A stretch of 64,000 nucleotides of DNA from an uncultured Verrucomicrobiota bacterium (GCA_964609795.1 CAZSTC010000001.1:17518-81517), one strand, 5' to 3'; numbered from the stretch's first letter, positions 41,040 to 50,798 are shown. Made by a program: numbers and translations. Notes: generated from the sequence alone by a model not told the origin.

Positions 41040-41142
41040 AGCGTCAGTAAAAAGAATGTGCGAGCACTGTAAAGTGGTGCGTCGCAAAGGGATTATTCGT
41101 GTAATATGCACGAATCCCCGTCACAAACAGCGTCAAGGCTAA
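41029..41142 (+). CDS. rpmJ: 50S ribosomal protein L36 (zinc-binding form)
   Basis: It is absent from the ORF track because it is under 60 aa. Manual translation gives [37 protein letters not shown], with C-x2-C..C-x4-H. Confidence 0.93.
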   Translation: MKVRASVKRMCEHCKVVRRKGIIRVICTNPRHKQRQG

Positions 41143-41152
41143 CAAATAAACT

Positions 41153-41548
41153 ATGGCTAGAATTCTAGGTGTAGATATTCCCAACGAAAAGCGCATTGAT
41201 ATTGCGTTGAGGTATATCTATGGTATCGGCCCTTCCATAGCGAAGGAAATACTTGCAAAGGCTAAAATTGACCCGAGTGTTCGGGCCAAAAACCTGACAG
41301 ATCAGGATCTGTCTCAGATAGTCGGCATTATCCAAAGTGATGGTTATCTGATTGAGGGCGATTTAAGACGCGAAGTCGGTATGAATCTGAAAAGACTACA
41401 GGGCATTAAATGCTATCGTGGCATAAGGCACCAGCGTGGTCTTCCGGTTCGTGGTCAAAGAACATCAACTAACGCACGTACCCGTAAAGGTCCTCGCAGG
41501 ACTGTCGGTGTGCAGCGCAACCCTAACGCCAAAGCTGGTATCCACTAA
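41153..41548 (+). CDS. rpsM: 30S ribosomal protein S13
   Basis: [26 protein letters not shown]. Confidence 0.97.
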   Translation: MARILGVDIPNEKRIDIALRYIYGIGPSIAKEILAKAKIDPSVRAKNLTDQDLSQIVGIIQSDGYLIEGDLRREVGMNLKRLQGIKCYRGIRHQRGLPVRGQRTSTNARTRKGPRRTVGVQRNPNAKAGIH

Positions 41549-41554
41549 ACGATT

Positions 41555-42217
41555 ATGGCTGAAGAGACGAATAAGAAAAAAAACACGACTCCGGAAGCGG
41601 AGACTAAAGAAGAAGCTACGGCTGTACCCGCTGCGGCGCAGGCTGAAGCAAAAACTGAGGAAGCAAAAAAAGAAGCTGCTCCCAAAGCATCAAAGGGAAA
41701 GGCCGCTTCCAAGGCTAAGACTAAGGTAGAAGGAGCTCCTGCAGAAAACGCAGAGGCTGGGACTGAGGCAGGAACGGAATTTGGTGTCGTATCGGCACCC
41801 TCCGTCAGTGAACTGCTCGGTGAGGATATCTCTGCTGCTCGTAAGATCATCAAGATCAAGGGAGCCAAGAATATTTCCAATGGTATAGCTCACATTGAGG
41901 CGAGCTTTAACAACACTATCGTTACCATTACCGATATGCATGGCAATGTTATCTCATGGACGACCGCTGGTCGTGTCGGCTTTAAAGGTTCTCGCAAGAG
42001 CACAGCCTTTGCCGCTCAACAGGTAGCCCAGGATGCAGCACGTCAGGCAATGTCCCATGGTATGCGTGAGGTGGAAGTTCGCGTGAGTGGACCTGGGGCC
42101 GGTCGTGAATCTGCAATTCGTGCCTTACAGGCTATCGGATTGGACATTCATACCATCAAAGATGTGACGCCAATACCTCATAACGGTTGCCGTCCGCGCA
42201 AGCGTCGCCGCGTCTAA
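41555..42217 (+). CDS. rpsK: 30S ribosomal protein S11 with a ~90-aa low-complexity N-terminal extension
   Basis: The core [19 protein letters not shown]...[11 protein letters not shown] is preceded by an Ala/Glu/Lys-rich segment, at 220 aa total. Confidence 0.9.
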   Translation: MAEETNKKKNTTPEAETKEEATAVPAAAQAEAKTEEAKKEAAPKASKGKAASKAKTKVEGAPAENAEAGTEAGTEFGVVSAPSVSELLGEDISAARKIIKIKGAKNISNGIAHIEASFNNTIVTITDMHGNVISWTTAGRVGFKGSRKSTAFAAQQVAQDAARQAMSHGMREVEVRVSGPGAGRESAIRALQAIGLDIHTIKDVTPIPHNGCRPRKRRRV

Positions 42218-42252
42218 CCCTATTAATAAAAGAGAGGAGAATTTAGTAAATT

Positions 42253-42861
42253 ATGGCACGTTATAAAGGTCCGAGAGTTCGGATTAGCCGTCGTTTTGGC
42301 ATTGCAATTTTTGGGAGCTCAAAATATCTCGAGCGCAGACAGTACCCGCCCGGAGTACATGGTCCCAAGATGCGTCGCAAGAGTAGTGAGTATGCGCAGG
42401 GTCTCATGGAAAAACAGAAAATGCGCTACTTCTACGGACTGCTCGAGAAACAGTTTCGTAATGTTTACGAGGCAGCAACCCGCCGCCGTGGTGTAACTGG
42501 TACGATCATGCTGGAAATGTTGGAAACCCGTTTGGATAATGTCGTTTATCTGTTGGGTTTCGGCCAAACTCGTGCTCAGGCACGCCAGATGGTGGTTCAT
42601 GGTCACATTCTGGTCAATGGGAAGAAGGTCACGATTCCTTCTTACGTGATCAAGGTGGGCGATACAGTAGACGTCAAGGATAAGGTTGTCTCCCGTCAGC
42701 TCGCTTCCCATAACATGGAGTTAAGCACTAATCGCGTCGTCCCCGCATGGTTGGGTCTCAATAAAGACTCTTTCCGTGGTACGATTATGCGTATGCCTAC
42801 GCGCGAAGATATTCAGCCTATTGCTAACGATCAGGCTGTTGTTGAGTTTTATTCTCGTTAA
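42253..42861 (+). CDS. rpsD: 30S ribosomal protein S4
   Basis: MARYKGPRVRISRRFG and the S4 domain RLDNVVYLLGF..ARQMVVHGHILVNGKKV. Confidence 0.97.
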   Translation: MARYKGPRVRISRRFGIAIFGSSKYLERRQYPPGVHGPKMRRKSSEYAQGLMEKQKMRYFYGLLEKQFRNVYEAATRRRGVTGTIMLEMLETRLDNVVYLLGFGQTRAQARQMVVHGHILVNGKKVTIPSYVIKVGDTVDVKDKVVSRQLASHNMELSTNRVVPAWLGLNKDSFRGTIMRMPTREDIQPIANDQAVVEFYSR

Positions 42862-42896
42862 TGTTTTGTTTCATTCAATAGAAGCAGGTATATGGG

Positions 42897-42922
42897 GTTT
42901 GCCTTTACGAGAGAAGGCAAAC
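42897..42922 (+). promoter_or_regulatory. Stable hairpin in the rpsD-rpoA spacer
   Basis: GTTTGCCTT-N8-AAGGCAAAC (9 bp), with no following T run. Confidence 0.4.
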
Positions 42923-42959
42923 TCAGATTAAAACTGTTTCAAGAATATAATTATTTAAT

Positions 42960-43973
42960 ATGGCAGTAAGATTAGGCCGTTTTGAAATGCCCAAGCGGTT
43001 GTGGAAAGATGAAGCGACCGCTACCCCGACTTATGCAAAGTTTGTAGCCGAAGCCTTTGAAACCGGTTATGGTTACACCTTGGGCAATGCTTTGCGCAGA
43101 GTGTTACTTTCCTCATTGGAAGGTGCAGCCATCACCAGTTTTAAAATGGATGGTGCGATGCACGAATTTTCCACGGTTGAAGGTGTTGTGGAGGATGTGA
43201 CCGAAATTGTTTTGAATCTGAAGAAAATTCTCTTCAAAGCATATACGCGTGATCCCCAGACACTGACTCTCTCTGTCAATAAGGATGGAGCCGTAACGGC
43301 AGCAGATATTCAAACCAATCAAAATGTGGAGTGTATAAATCCGGAGCAGATTATCTGCACGCTGGATAAGAAGCGCAAACTTGAGATGGAGTTTGACGTT
43401 CGTATCGGGCGCGGATATTTCCCCGGTGAAGAGAACAAAAAGCTGGATCAGCCTATTGGCGTGATCGCGATTGATTCTCTATTTTCTCCGGTGACTCGTG
43501 TTCGGTACAATGTTGAAAATGCCCGTGTGGGTCAACGCACTGATTACGATCGGCTGATTCTGGAGATTTGGACTGATGGTCGTATTACGCCCGACGATGC
43601 ACTTACTCAAGGTGCAGCTATTCTTCATCATCACTTTGATGTCTTTGTAAATTATGACAGAAATGCGATTGAGTTTGAAGAAGAGGTCGCTCAAAGAGAT
43701 GATCAGCGTTCTCAGTTAAAGAAACTCCTGAGCATGAGCGTTAATGAGGTTGAGTTGAGTGTTCGGGCCGCTAACTGCTTGAACAACGCTAATATTACCA
43801 CGGTCGGTCAGCTGGCCATGAAGTCAGAGCAAGAGATGCTCAAGTACCGCAATTTTGGCAAAAAATCGCTCAATGAAATTAAAGAAAAGCTCGTTGCGCT
43901 GGGGCTGTCCCTGGGCATGAAGTTCGATAACGAGCTTGTTGAAAGTATTAAAGAAGTTAAACCGAATTCGTAA
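42960..43973 (+). CDS. rpoA: DNA-directed RNA polymerase subunit alpha
   Basis: The NTD has LGNALRRVLLSSLEGAA. The CTD has VNEVELSVRAANCLNNANITTVGQL. Confidence 0.97.
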   Translation: MAVRLGRFEMPKRLWKDEATATPTYAKFVAEAFETGYGYTLGNALRRVLLSSLEGAAITSFKMDGAMHEFSTVEGVVEDVTEIVLNLKKILFKAYTRDPQTLTLSVNKDGAVTAADIQTNQNVECINPEQIICTLDKKRKLEMEFDVRIGRGYFPGEENKKLDQPIGVIAIDSLFSPVTRVRYNVENARVGQRTDYDRLILEIWTDGRITPDDALTQGAAILHHHFDVFVNYDRNAIEFEEEVAQRDDQRSQLKKLLSMSVNEVELSVRAANCLNNANITTVGQLAMKSEQEMLKYRNFGKKSLNEIKEKLVALGLSLGMKFDNELVESIKEVKPNS

Positions 43974-43989
43974 TTATATAATCTAATAT

Positions 43990-44559
43990 ATGCGTCATTT
44001 AAAACGTACAGCCAAGCTTGGGCGTACTGGAGCACATCGCAATGCGATGCTCGCGAACATGGTATGCAGTCTCATTAAGCACAAGCGCATTACAACTACT
44101 TTGGCCAAAGCCAAGGCTGTTCGCCCCGTGGCAGAAAAAGTGATGACACTTGCTCGGAAGTCTTTGGTTCGTGAAGCATTGATTCGCGAGGCTCTCTCTA
44201 AAGAGGGAATCACCGATGAAAAGGCAATCCGCAGAGAGATGGGCAGGCGCGGAGGCTTGCATTATCGGCGCCTTGCGGTAGCTGATATTAAACAGGAAGA
44301 CGCCGTTGCTATCCTTTTCAAAGAATTGGCTCCGGCACAGAAAGATCGTCCGGGCGGTTATACCCGCATTATCCACGCGGCCGTGCAGCGTAAAGGCGAT
44401 GCAGCTCGCGTAGCTCTTATCGAGTGGGTGGATGGCGAAGTGACTACTTCTACTGCTCCCGTTGTGGATGTGGGCGCACCGGCCACCGTCTCTGAGGTAA
44501 AAGCCGAAGAAGCCAAAGCTGAAGCTAAGGCAAACGAGGGCGAAAAGCCTCAGGCATAA
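43990..44559 (+). CDS. rplQ: 50S ribosomal protein L17 (extended)
   Basis: [25 protein letters not shown] marks L17. The 189-aa protein has an internal insertion and an Ala/Glu/Lys C-terminal tail. Confidence 0.93.
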   Translation: MRHLKRTAKLGRTGAHRNAMLANMVCSLIKHKRITTTLAKAKAVRPVAEKVMTLARKSLVREALIREALSKEGITDEKAIRREMGRRGGLHYRRLAVADIKQEDAVAILFKELAPAQKDRPGGYTRIIHAAVQRKGDAARVALIEWVDGEVTTSTAPVVDVGAPATVSEVKAEEAKAEAKANEGEKPQA

Positions 44560-44582
44560 GCGAATTTTCTGCAATTAGTTCG

Positions 44583-44617
44583 AAAGCTCCCTCTGTGCGA
44601 GGGAGCTTTTCTGCTTT
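44583..44617 (+). terminator. Rho-independent terminator of the alpha operon
   Basis: The 11-bp stem AAAGCTCCCTC/GAGGGAGCTTT with a 5-nt loop is followed by TCTGCTTT. Confidence 0.7.
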
Positions 44618-44663
44618 ACAGGGAAGAGGTAATACTTTATAAACGAGGCTGGTATTGTTTCCT

Positions 44664-45464
44664 ATGAATAAAGAACGCGTCTCATTGCCAATTGCTCTTA
44701 CCATTGCGGGTACCGATAGTGGTGGAGGTGCGGGTGTACAGGCTGATCTTAAAACCTTTGCCGCGCTGGGGGTGCACGGTTGCGCAGCTATAACCTGTTT
44801 GACGGCGCAAAATCCCAAGGGCGTCCGTGCGATTCTCTCTTCACCTGCTGAATTTCTTCGCCAACAGTTAATTGCCGTTTTTTCTGAATTGCCACCTGTT
44901 GCCGCAAAGACGGGGATGCTTTACAGCGCGGAGTTGATCCATGTTCTGGCGAGTTTTTTGAAAGAGCATCCGGTGAAACTGGTTTTAGACCCAGTAATGA
45001 TCAGTACCAGCGGCTCTGAGCTTCTCCAGGTGGATGCGGTGCAGACGATGTGCGAGGAGCTTTTCCCTTTGGCGGACTTGCTGACGCCCAACCTGGATGA
45101 ATCTGTTCGCCTTTTGGGGCATGCCATTGAAAACCAGAAAGAACTTCAATCGGCCGCGCGCGAGCTTTATGACAAATTCGGCCGACCGATCTTGGCCAAA
45201 GGAGGCCATCTTCGCGACTCGGAAGAAGCCATTGATATTCTCTGGGATGGAAAAGCGGAATATATCTTCAGAAAACCTTTTGTGCTGGGTGTCTCTCCTC
45301 ATGGAACCGGCTGCACCTTTTCCTCCGCCATTACAGCAGCTCTGGCCCAGGAGCATCCGCTGCCGGCAGCGGTGGAAATCGGGAAAAACTATGTGTTCCA
45401 GGCGATAAAAGATTCTGTGAAAATTGCAGATCATTATGCTCTGAACTGGTTCGGAAACCAATAG
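44664..45464 (+). CDS. thiD: Hydroxymethylpyrimidine/phosphomethylpyrimidine kinase
   Basis: [29 protein letters not shown] and [13 protein letters not shown] 44664 is preferred over the track TTG 44655. Confidence 0.9.
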   Translation: MNKERVSLPIALTIAGTDSGGGAGVQADLKTFAALGVHGCAAITCLTAQNPKGVRAILSSPAEFLRQQLIAVFSELPPVAAKTGMLYSAELIHVLASFLKEHPVKLVLDPVMISTSGSELLQVDAVQTMCEELFPLADLLTPNLDESVRLLGHAIENQKELQSAARELYDKFGRPILAKGGHLRDSEEAIDILWDGKAEYIFRKPFVLGVSPHGTGCTFSSAITAALAQEHPLPAAVEIGKNYVFQAIKDSVKIADHYALNWFGNQ

Positions 45465-45484
45465 ATTGCCCTTTAGACCTCTTC

Positions 45485-47752
45485 GTGATCGCCCGGATTG
45501 CAACCGAAATATCTCTGAATAAACTCTTTGACTATGAAGTCCCCCCTGAAATGGAAGCTTCTATCAGCGTGGGGAGCCGCGTCAAGGTTCCCTTCAATAA
45601 TCGGGAAATTCTGGGATATGTGACCGAGTTGATTGAGCAGTCTCCTGAAACGGCTGCCGAGAGTCCCGATCTATTGCCGCAGGCGGAAAGTCGCCACAAA
45701 CTCAAACCGATTCTGGAGATTATCGGCGATCAAAGCCTGATCACTCCCAAGGTAAAAGACTTGGCACTCTGGATGGCTGCCTATTACTGCTGCACCATCG
45801 AAGTGGCGCTGAGGAGTCTGCTCCCGGAGGTTGTTCGCAGGGAACAGGAGGGATGGAAAAAGCAGCTCTTTGTCAGGTATAACCCCGATGCGCCCGAGCC
45901 TGAAAAGCTGACCCAGCGTCAACAGGAGGTTTTGGCTTTTATTCAACAGCAGGGGGAACTGCCGCTGACGGATTTGATCGAGCAGCTTTCCTGCACCGCG
46001 GAAGTAGTGAGAAGAATAGAGCGGACGGGAAAAATCTCAATAGCATCGCTCAAAGTCCTTCGTGATCCGTACTCCAATGTCCGCATTCTTCCCACAACGG
46101 CTTTAAATCTGAATGAGGAGCAGTCGCCCTGCCTGAGGCAAATTACTCAAGCGATGGATAGTGAAGATCACTCCGGGACGAAGCCTTTTCTCTTATTCGG
46201 GGTGACGGGCAGCGGGAAGACTGAAATATATTTACAGGCCATAGCACACGCGCTGGAGAAAGGGCAGGGAGCTATTGTTCTGGTGCCGGAGATATCATTA
46301 ACCCCACAGACGGTTGAACGCTTTAAATCACGTTTTGCTGAAGGACCGTTGCGCTCTCAGGTTGCCGTTTTACATAGCCACCTTTCAGCCGGGGAGCGTC
46401 ACGATGAATGGCATAAGATTCGCAGGGGAGATGCTCGGATTGTGATCGGGGCCCGTTCTGCCATATTCGCCCCGGTGGACCCCCTGGGAGTCATTATTGT
46501 GGATGAGGAGCATGAACATTCTTACAAACAGGAGGAATCCCCGAGGTACAATGCGCGAGACGTTGCCGTAGTCCGAGCTCAAATGGAGAAAACTGTAGTC
46601 GTCCTGGGGAGCGCTACTCCCAGCATGGAGAGCTACTACAACGCAATCCAGGGTAAATACACACTTTTAAAGCTTTCCAAACGAGTGGATGACATCCAGA
46701 TGCCGCAGGTCGCCATTGTGGATATGTGCTCGGAGATTCGAGTAGATCGAGGCATACCTCTCTTTTCAACCCGACTGAAGGAAGCAATCCGCTGTCAACT
46801 GGAGGAATCCCATCAGGTGATCCTCTTTTTGAACCGGAGAGGATATGCCAGCCAGCTACAATGTCCGGATTGTGGTTACGTTGCCGAGTGTCCCAATTGC
46901 AGCGTTTCTATGGTTTATCATCGGCGCGCTCAGCTTTTGAAATGCCATATCTGCGGGCATCACGTTCAGGCCCCTTATTGCTGTCCAGATTGTAAGAAAC
47001 TTGATATCCGCTACTCGGGAGCGGGTACAGAACGAGTGGAAGATACTTTGAAGAAGCTTTTTCCAAAGGCCAGAATTCGCAGGATGGATAGTGATACTCT
47101 TAAGAAAAAGGAAGACTATCGCGATATTCTGAATGCTTTTGGGTTAGGGGAAATAGATATTCTGCTGGGAACGCAGATGATTACCAAAGGGCTTCATTTT
47201 CCCCGGGTGACCCTGGTGGGAATCCTCAATGCTGACATTTCGCTCCATCGTCCTGATTTCAGAGCCAGCGAACGGACTTTTCAGTTGATAACTCAAGTTG
47301 CTGGGCGTGCCGGCAGAGGGGATGACGAAGGGGAGGTGATTGTTCAGACTTTTACCCCATGGGCTCCGGCGATCCTGTATGCGAAGAATCATGACTATGA
47401 AAACTTCTATGCAGATGAGATCGTTTCGAGAAAAGAGCTTCATTATCCGCCAGCAAGCCGCCTGGCTCTTTTGACCATTAAGAGCATGGATGAAGAAAAA
47501 CTCCAACTGACAGCTCAGCATATCCGGCAGATGCTCGATGGAGAATCATTTCAGTCTATCCGTCCTCTGGTTATCAATGGACCGGTTCCGGCCCTTCTGG
47601 AGCGCTCCCAAGGCTATTATCGTTACCATATTCTCTTGAGGACGGTCAAAATGATGGCACTGAGTCGAAAGCTTTTTGAATTGTATCAATCAGTCAAATG
47701 TCCCAAGGGCGTCAGTTTTACGGTCGATATTGACCCGATGGACCTGACTTGA
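45485..47752 (+). CDS. priA: Primosomal replication-restart helicase PriA
   Basis: Walker A is GVTGSGKTEIY and the DEEH box is VDEEHE. The Cys-rich zinc region is CPDCGYVAECPNCSVSMVYH..CHICGH..CPDC. GTG start. Confidence 0.93.
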   Translation: MIARIATEISLNKLFDYEVPPEMEASISVGSRVKVPFNNREILGYVTELIEQSPETAAESPDLLPQAESRHKLKPILEIIGDQSLITPKVKDLALWMAAYYCCTIEVALRSLLPEVVRREQEGWKKQLFVRYNPDAPEPEKLTQRQQEVLAFIQQQGELPLTDLIEQLSCTAEVVRRIERTGKISIASLKVLRDPYSNVRILPTTALNLNEEQSPCLRQITQAMDSEDHSGTKPFLLFGVTGSGKTEIYLQAIAHALEKGQGAIVLVPEISLTPQTVERFKSRFAEGPLRSQVAVLHSHLSAGERHDEWHKIRRGDARIVIGARSAIFAPVDPLGVIIVDEEHEHSYKQEESPRYNARDVAVVRAQMEKTVVVLGSATPSMESYYNAIQGKYTLLKLSKRVDDIQMPQVAIVDMCSEIRVDRGIPLFSTRLKEAIRCQLEESHQVILFLNRRGYASQLQCPDCGYVAECPNCSVSMVYHRRAQLLKCHICGHHVQAPYCCPDCKKLDIRYSGAGTERVEDTLKKLFPKARIRRMDSDTLKKKEDYRDILNAFGLGEIDILLGTQMITKGLHFPRVTLVGILNADISLHRPDFRASERTFQLITQVAGRAGRGDDEGEVIVQTFTPWAPAILYAKNHDYENFYADEIVSRKELHYPPASRLALLTIKSMDEEKLQLTAQHIRQMLDGESFQSIRPLVINGPVPALLERSQGYYRYHILLRTVKMMALSRKLFELYQSVKCPKGVSFTVDIDPMDLT

Positions 47753-47903
47753 CCAGCATTGGATAGAATCATTAAAAGTCATTGATTCATGGGATGTGTT
47801 ATTGGTTCAGATGCGGAATATGAAATTAGGCGTCTTTTGGGTGTATGTTTTTACTGAAAGCCATTTTTGCTGATTCTTATTGAACTTGGATACTCTTTTC
47901 CCG

Positions 47904-47932
47904 TTGAATGAAAATGCCCCCAATGCTACTCT
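47904..47932 (+). promoter_or_regulatory. Putative promoter of a short leader upstream of the ZIP transporter
   Basis: TTGAAT, a 17-nt spacer and TACTCT. Hexamer match only. Confidence 0.35.
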
Positions 47933-47990
47933 CCCTCTGGATGAAAGGCAGGGTGGTGCAACCCTCAAAAAGCTACGGACAAGGGAAAAC

Positions 47991-48038
47991 GGAATGCGCT
48001 TACTGACGAACAGGGCGGATTCCAATTTTTTGTTGTTT
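47991..48038 (+). terminator. Intrinsic terminator inside the 5' region of the ZIP transporter gene
   Basis: The 9-bp stem GGAATGCGC/GCGGATTCC has one mismatch and a 15-nt loop, followed by AATTTTTTGTTGTTT. It ends 63 nt before the ATG. Confidence 0.5.
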
Positions 48039-48101
48039 AAAGATGCTGTTGTGGATCAAGAACCTGCTCTCTTCTGAAATGCGATTTGTTGACTAAACAT
48101 T

Positions 48102-48902
48102 ATGAGTGCCTTTGATTTAGTTATATTGGCGTTGAGCAGCACGGCGATTCCTTTCCTGTGTACGACAGCGGGAGCAGGCACCGTGTTCTTTTTTAGGAAA
48201 GAAATACCGCAGGGAGTCCAACGCGTTTTTCTGGGGTTCGCTGCCGGAGTCATGATAGCAGCCAGTGTTTGGAGTCTGCTCATTCCCGCCATTGAAATGG
48301 CAAAAGAGCAGGGCGGTAATGGGTTGATTCCAGCAACGGGTGGTTTCATTCTGGGAGCCGGATTTCTCTGGTTACTGGATGCCTTTATGCCTCACTTACA
48401 TCCGGGGTCGGACCTGCCTGAAGGTGTTCATAGTCGACTCCGAAGAACTACGCTCCTGGTGCTTGCCGTAACCTTGCATAATATTCCGGAAGGGATGGCT
48501 GTCGGGTTAGCGGCCAGTATTGCTCAATATGGCGAGACTGTTGTTATTACTACAGCTTCAGCAGCAGCGCTTTCTATTGGGATTGGATTGCAGAATCTTC
48601 CTGAGGGAGCGGCCGTTGCTTTGCCCTTGAGGCGGGAAGGAGTCAGTCGAGGCAAAGCTTTTTCACTGGGTGTTCTCTCCGCTGTAGTGGAGCCGATTGG
48701 AGCCGTAGTAGCGGTTTTGCTTTCCGGTGGGATTGTCGTGCTTATGCCTTGGATGCTGGCTTTTGCCGCCGGGGCGATGCTTTACGTGGTAGTGGAGGAG
48801 CTGATACCGGAAGCTCACCTTGGAGAACACTCCAACATTGGTACGATAGGAGTTCTTTCGGGCTTTTTAGTAATGATGGTTTTGGATGTGGCTTTGAGTT
48901 AA
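48102..48902 (+). CDS. zupT: ZIP family divalent-metal transporter (ZupT-like)
   Basis: HNIPEGMAVG and LQNLPEGAAVA, in a ~8-TM 266-aa protein. Confidence 0.85.
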   Translation: MSAFDLVILALSSTAIPFLCTTAGAGTVFFFRKEIPQGVQRVFLGFAAGVMIAASVWSLLIPAIEMAKEQGGNGLIPATGGFILGAGFLWLLDAFMPHLHPGSDLPEGVHSRLRRTTLLVLAVTLHNIPEGMAVGLAASIAQYGETVVITTASAAALSIGIGLQNLPEGAAVALPLRREGVSRGKAFSLGVLSAVVEPIGAVVAVLLSGGIVVLMPWMLAFAAGAMLYVVVEELIPEAHLGEHSNIGTIGVLSGFLVMMVLDVALS

Positions 48903-49007
48903 GATATGAGCGAAGAGAGGGTTTTTCTGCTGGATAGAAGCAAAGCACTCGAGTAACTTGATGTGGGCATCCCACCCGGTACGGGGAGAGATTTTTAGAA
49001 AATAATT

Positions 49008-50798
49008 ATGAACGAAGAGAATTTGCGGGCAACGGATTTTATACGGGAAATAGTAGAAGAAGATTTAAAAAACGGACGTTATCAAAAAATTATTACCCGT
49101 TTTCCCCCTGAGCCCAACGGGTATTTGCATATTGGACATGCTAAGGCGATCTGTCTAAATTTCGGAATAGCCCGGGAATATGACGGCGTGTGTCACATTC
49201 GCATGGATGACACCAATCCGGTGAAGGAGGATACCGAATATGTTGATAGCATTCAGGAGGATATTAAGTGGCTCATTTCCGGCTGGGCGCAAGAATACCT
49301 CGGATTGAAAGAGGCCGACCGTGAGCCGACAGCGGTTGAAGTGGGTGGTAAGCTTGATTTCCATGCTCAGGTTTGCAGAGAGCCCGGAGTCAAAACAGAA
49401 CCTTTTTATGCCTCCGATTATTTTGAGGCCTTTTACCAGTTTGCCTTGAAATTGATCCGAATCGGCAAGGCCTACGTGTGCGACCTGACGGCCGAAGAGG
49501 TGGACCAGATGAGAGGAGCCCCCGACAAGCCCGGAGTTGAAAGCCCCTACCGAAATCGAAGCGTAGAGGAGAATCTGGATTTATTTCAGAGAATGAAGGC
49601 TGGAGAGTTCCCTGATGGTGCCCGTACTTTGCGTGCCAAGGTGGATATGAAGAGCCCCAACGTCTGGATGCGTGATCCGTTGATCTACCGCATTCGCCAC
49701 GTGTCTCATCATCAAACTGGCGACAAGTGGTGTATCTATCCTCTCTACGATTTTGCTCACTGCGTCAGCGATTATATTGAAGGCATTACTCATTCCATCT
49801 GTACGTTGGAGTTCGTTGTGCACCGTCCGATCTATGATTGGTTTCTGGAGATGCTTGATTTGCCAAGACCGCTGCCACATCAGTATGAGTTTGCCCGTTT
49901 AAACCTGACCTATACGGTTATGAGCAAGAGGAAGCTCCTGGCGTTAGTGCAGCAGGGCAAAGTGGCCGGCTGGAACGATCCTCGAATGCCTACTATTGCA
50001 GGGATGCGCCGTAGAGGATATCCGGCGGCGGCACTGAGACTCTTTTGTGAAAAAATCGGGATTGCGAAGCGTGAGAACACGATTGATGTTTCGCTTCTGG
50101 AGTTCTGCGTTCGCGAGGAATTGAATAAATGCGCAATGCGGGTAATGGGGGTGTTGAAGCCCATCAAGCTTGTTATTGAGAACTATCCCGAAGGTGTAGT
50201 CGAAGAACTTGAGGCGGTCAATAACCCTGAGGATCCTCAAGCCGGAACTCGAAAAGTCCCTTTCAGCCGCGAGCTTTACATCGAGGAGGATGATTTCCGG
50301 GAAATTCCTCCCCCCAAGTATCACAGATTGGTTCCCGGTGGAGAAGTGCGCTTGCGCTATGCCTATATCATCAAGTGCGTGGGTCTGGAGAAAGACAGCG
50401 AAGGCCGGGTTCACACTATCCGTTGCACTTATGACCCGGATTCCAAGGCCGGCGGAGCCACAAGCGGACGGAAGATAAAGGGGACTATTCACTGGGTTTC
50501 CGCTCCTCATGCGTTGAAGCGCGAAGTCAGACTTTATGATCGCCTCTTTAATGTAGAGGATCCGGCTGATGAAAGTGATGGGCAGGACTGGATGACTCAC
50601 TTGAATCCGGGGTCGTTGGAAGTGGTTTCCAATTGCTTCATTGAGCCATTTGTGAAGGATGCGCAGGTGGGTCAGGTCTATCAGTTTGAGCGACTGGGTT
50701 ACTTCTGTGTCGATGAAGAAATAGCGCAAGACGGTTCAAACGTGTTTAATCGCACTGTGACGCTTCGGGATTCCTGGGCGAAAACGCAGAACAAGTAA
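49008..50798 (+). CDS. glnS: Glutamine--tRNA ligase
   Basis: The class I HIGH motif is PEPNGYLHIGHAKA and the KMSKS-like motif is VMSKRKL. A GlnRS-type C-terminal beta-barrel region is present, at 596 aa. Confidence 0.92.
   Translation: MNEENLRATDFIREIVEEDLKNGRYQKIITRFPPEPNGYLHIGHAKAICLNFGIAREYDGVCHIRMDDTNPVKEDTEYVDSIQEDIKWLISGWAQEYLGLKEADREPTAVEVGGKLDFHAQVCREPGVKTEPFYASDYFEAFYQFALKLIRIGKAYVCDLTAEEVDQMRGAPDKPGVESPYRNRSVEENLDLFQRMKAGEFPDGARTLRAKVDMKSPNVWMRDPLIYRIRHVSHHQTGDKWCIYPLYDFAHCVSDYIEGITHSICTLEFVVHRPIYDWFLEMLDLPRPLPHQYEFARLNLTYTVMSKRKLLALVQQGKVAGWNDPRMPTIAGMRRRGYPAAALRLFCEKIGIAKRENTIDVSLLEFCVREELNKCAMRVMGVLKPIKLVIENYPEGVVEELEAVNNPEDPQAGTRKVPFSRELYIEEDDFREIPPPKYHRLVPGGEVRLRYAYIIKCVGLEKDSEGRVHTIRCTYDPDSKAGGATSGRKIKGTIHWVSAPHALKREVRLYDRLFNVEDPADESDGQDWMTHLNPGSLEVVSNCFIEPFVKDAQVGQVYQFERLGYFCVDEEIAQDGSNVFNRTVTLRDSWAKTQNK

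Noticed and set aside
41436-41729. A 97-aa Lys/Arg-rich alternative-frame ORF spanning the rpsM-rpsK junction.
   Set aside because: It overlaps two certain ribosomal protein genes in a different frame. The basic low-complexity sequence is a frame artefact of the GAA/GCA/AAG-rich rpsK extension.
43999-44574. A 191-aa minus-strand ORF over rplQ. Similar cases are 17179-17619 over rplL and 41545-41880 over the rpsK extension.
   Set aside because: They are antisense to ribosomal protein genes. The Ala/Ser-rich translations mirror the Ala/Glu/Lys-rich sense sequence.
47939-48038. Assignment of the ZIP leader to a known riboswitch class (cobalamin, yybP-ykoY Mn, NiCo), or a Zur box near 48066-48095.
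   Set aside because: I could not find the conserved cores of those classes as I remember them, nor a convincing palindromic Zur-type box. It is left unclassified.
47807-48077. Two small ORFs (72 aa minus strand, 65 aa plus strand) in the priA-ZIP spacer.
   Set aside because: Both use non-ATG starts and overlap each other. The plus-strand one runs straight through a terminator hairpin and T run. Neither has motifs. A non-coding leader is the better interpretation.
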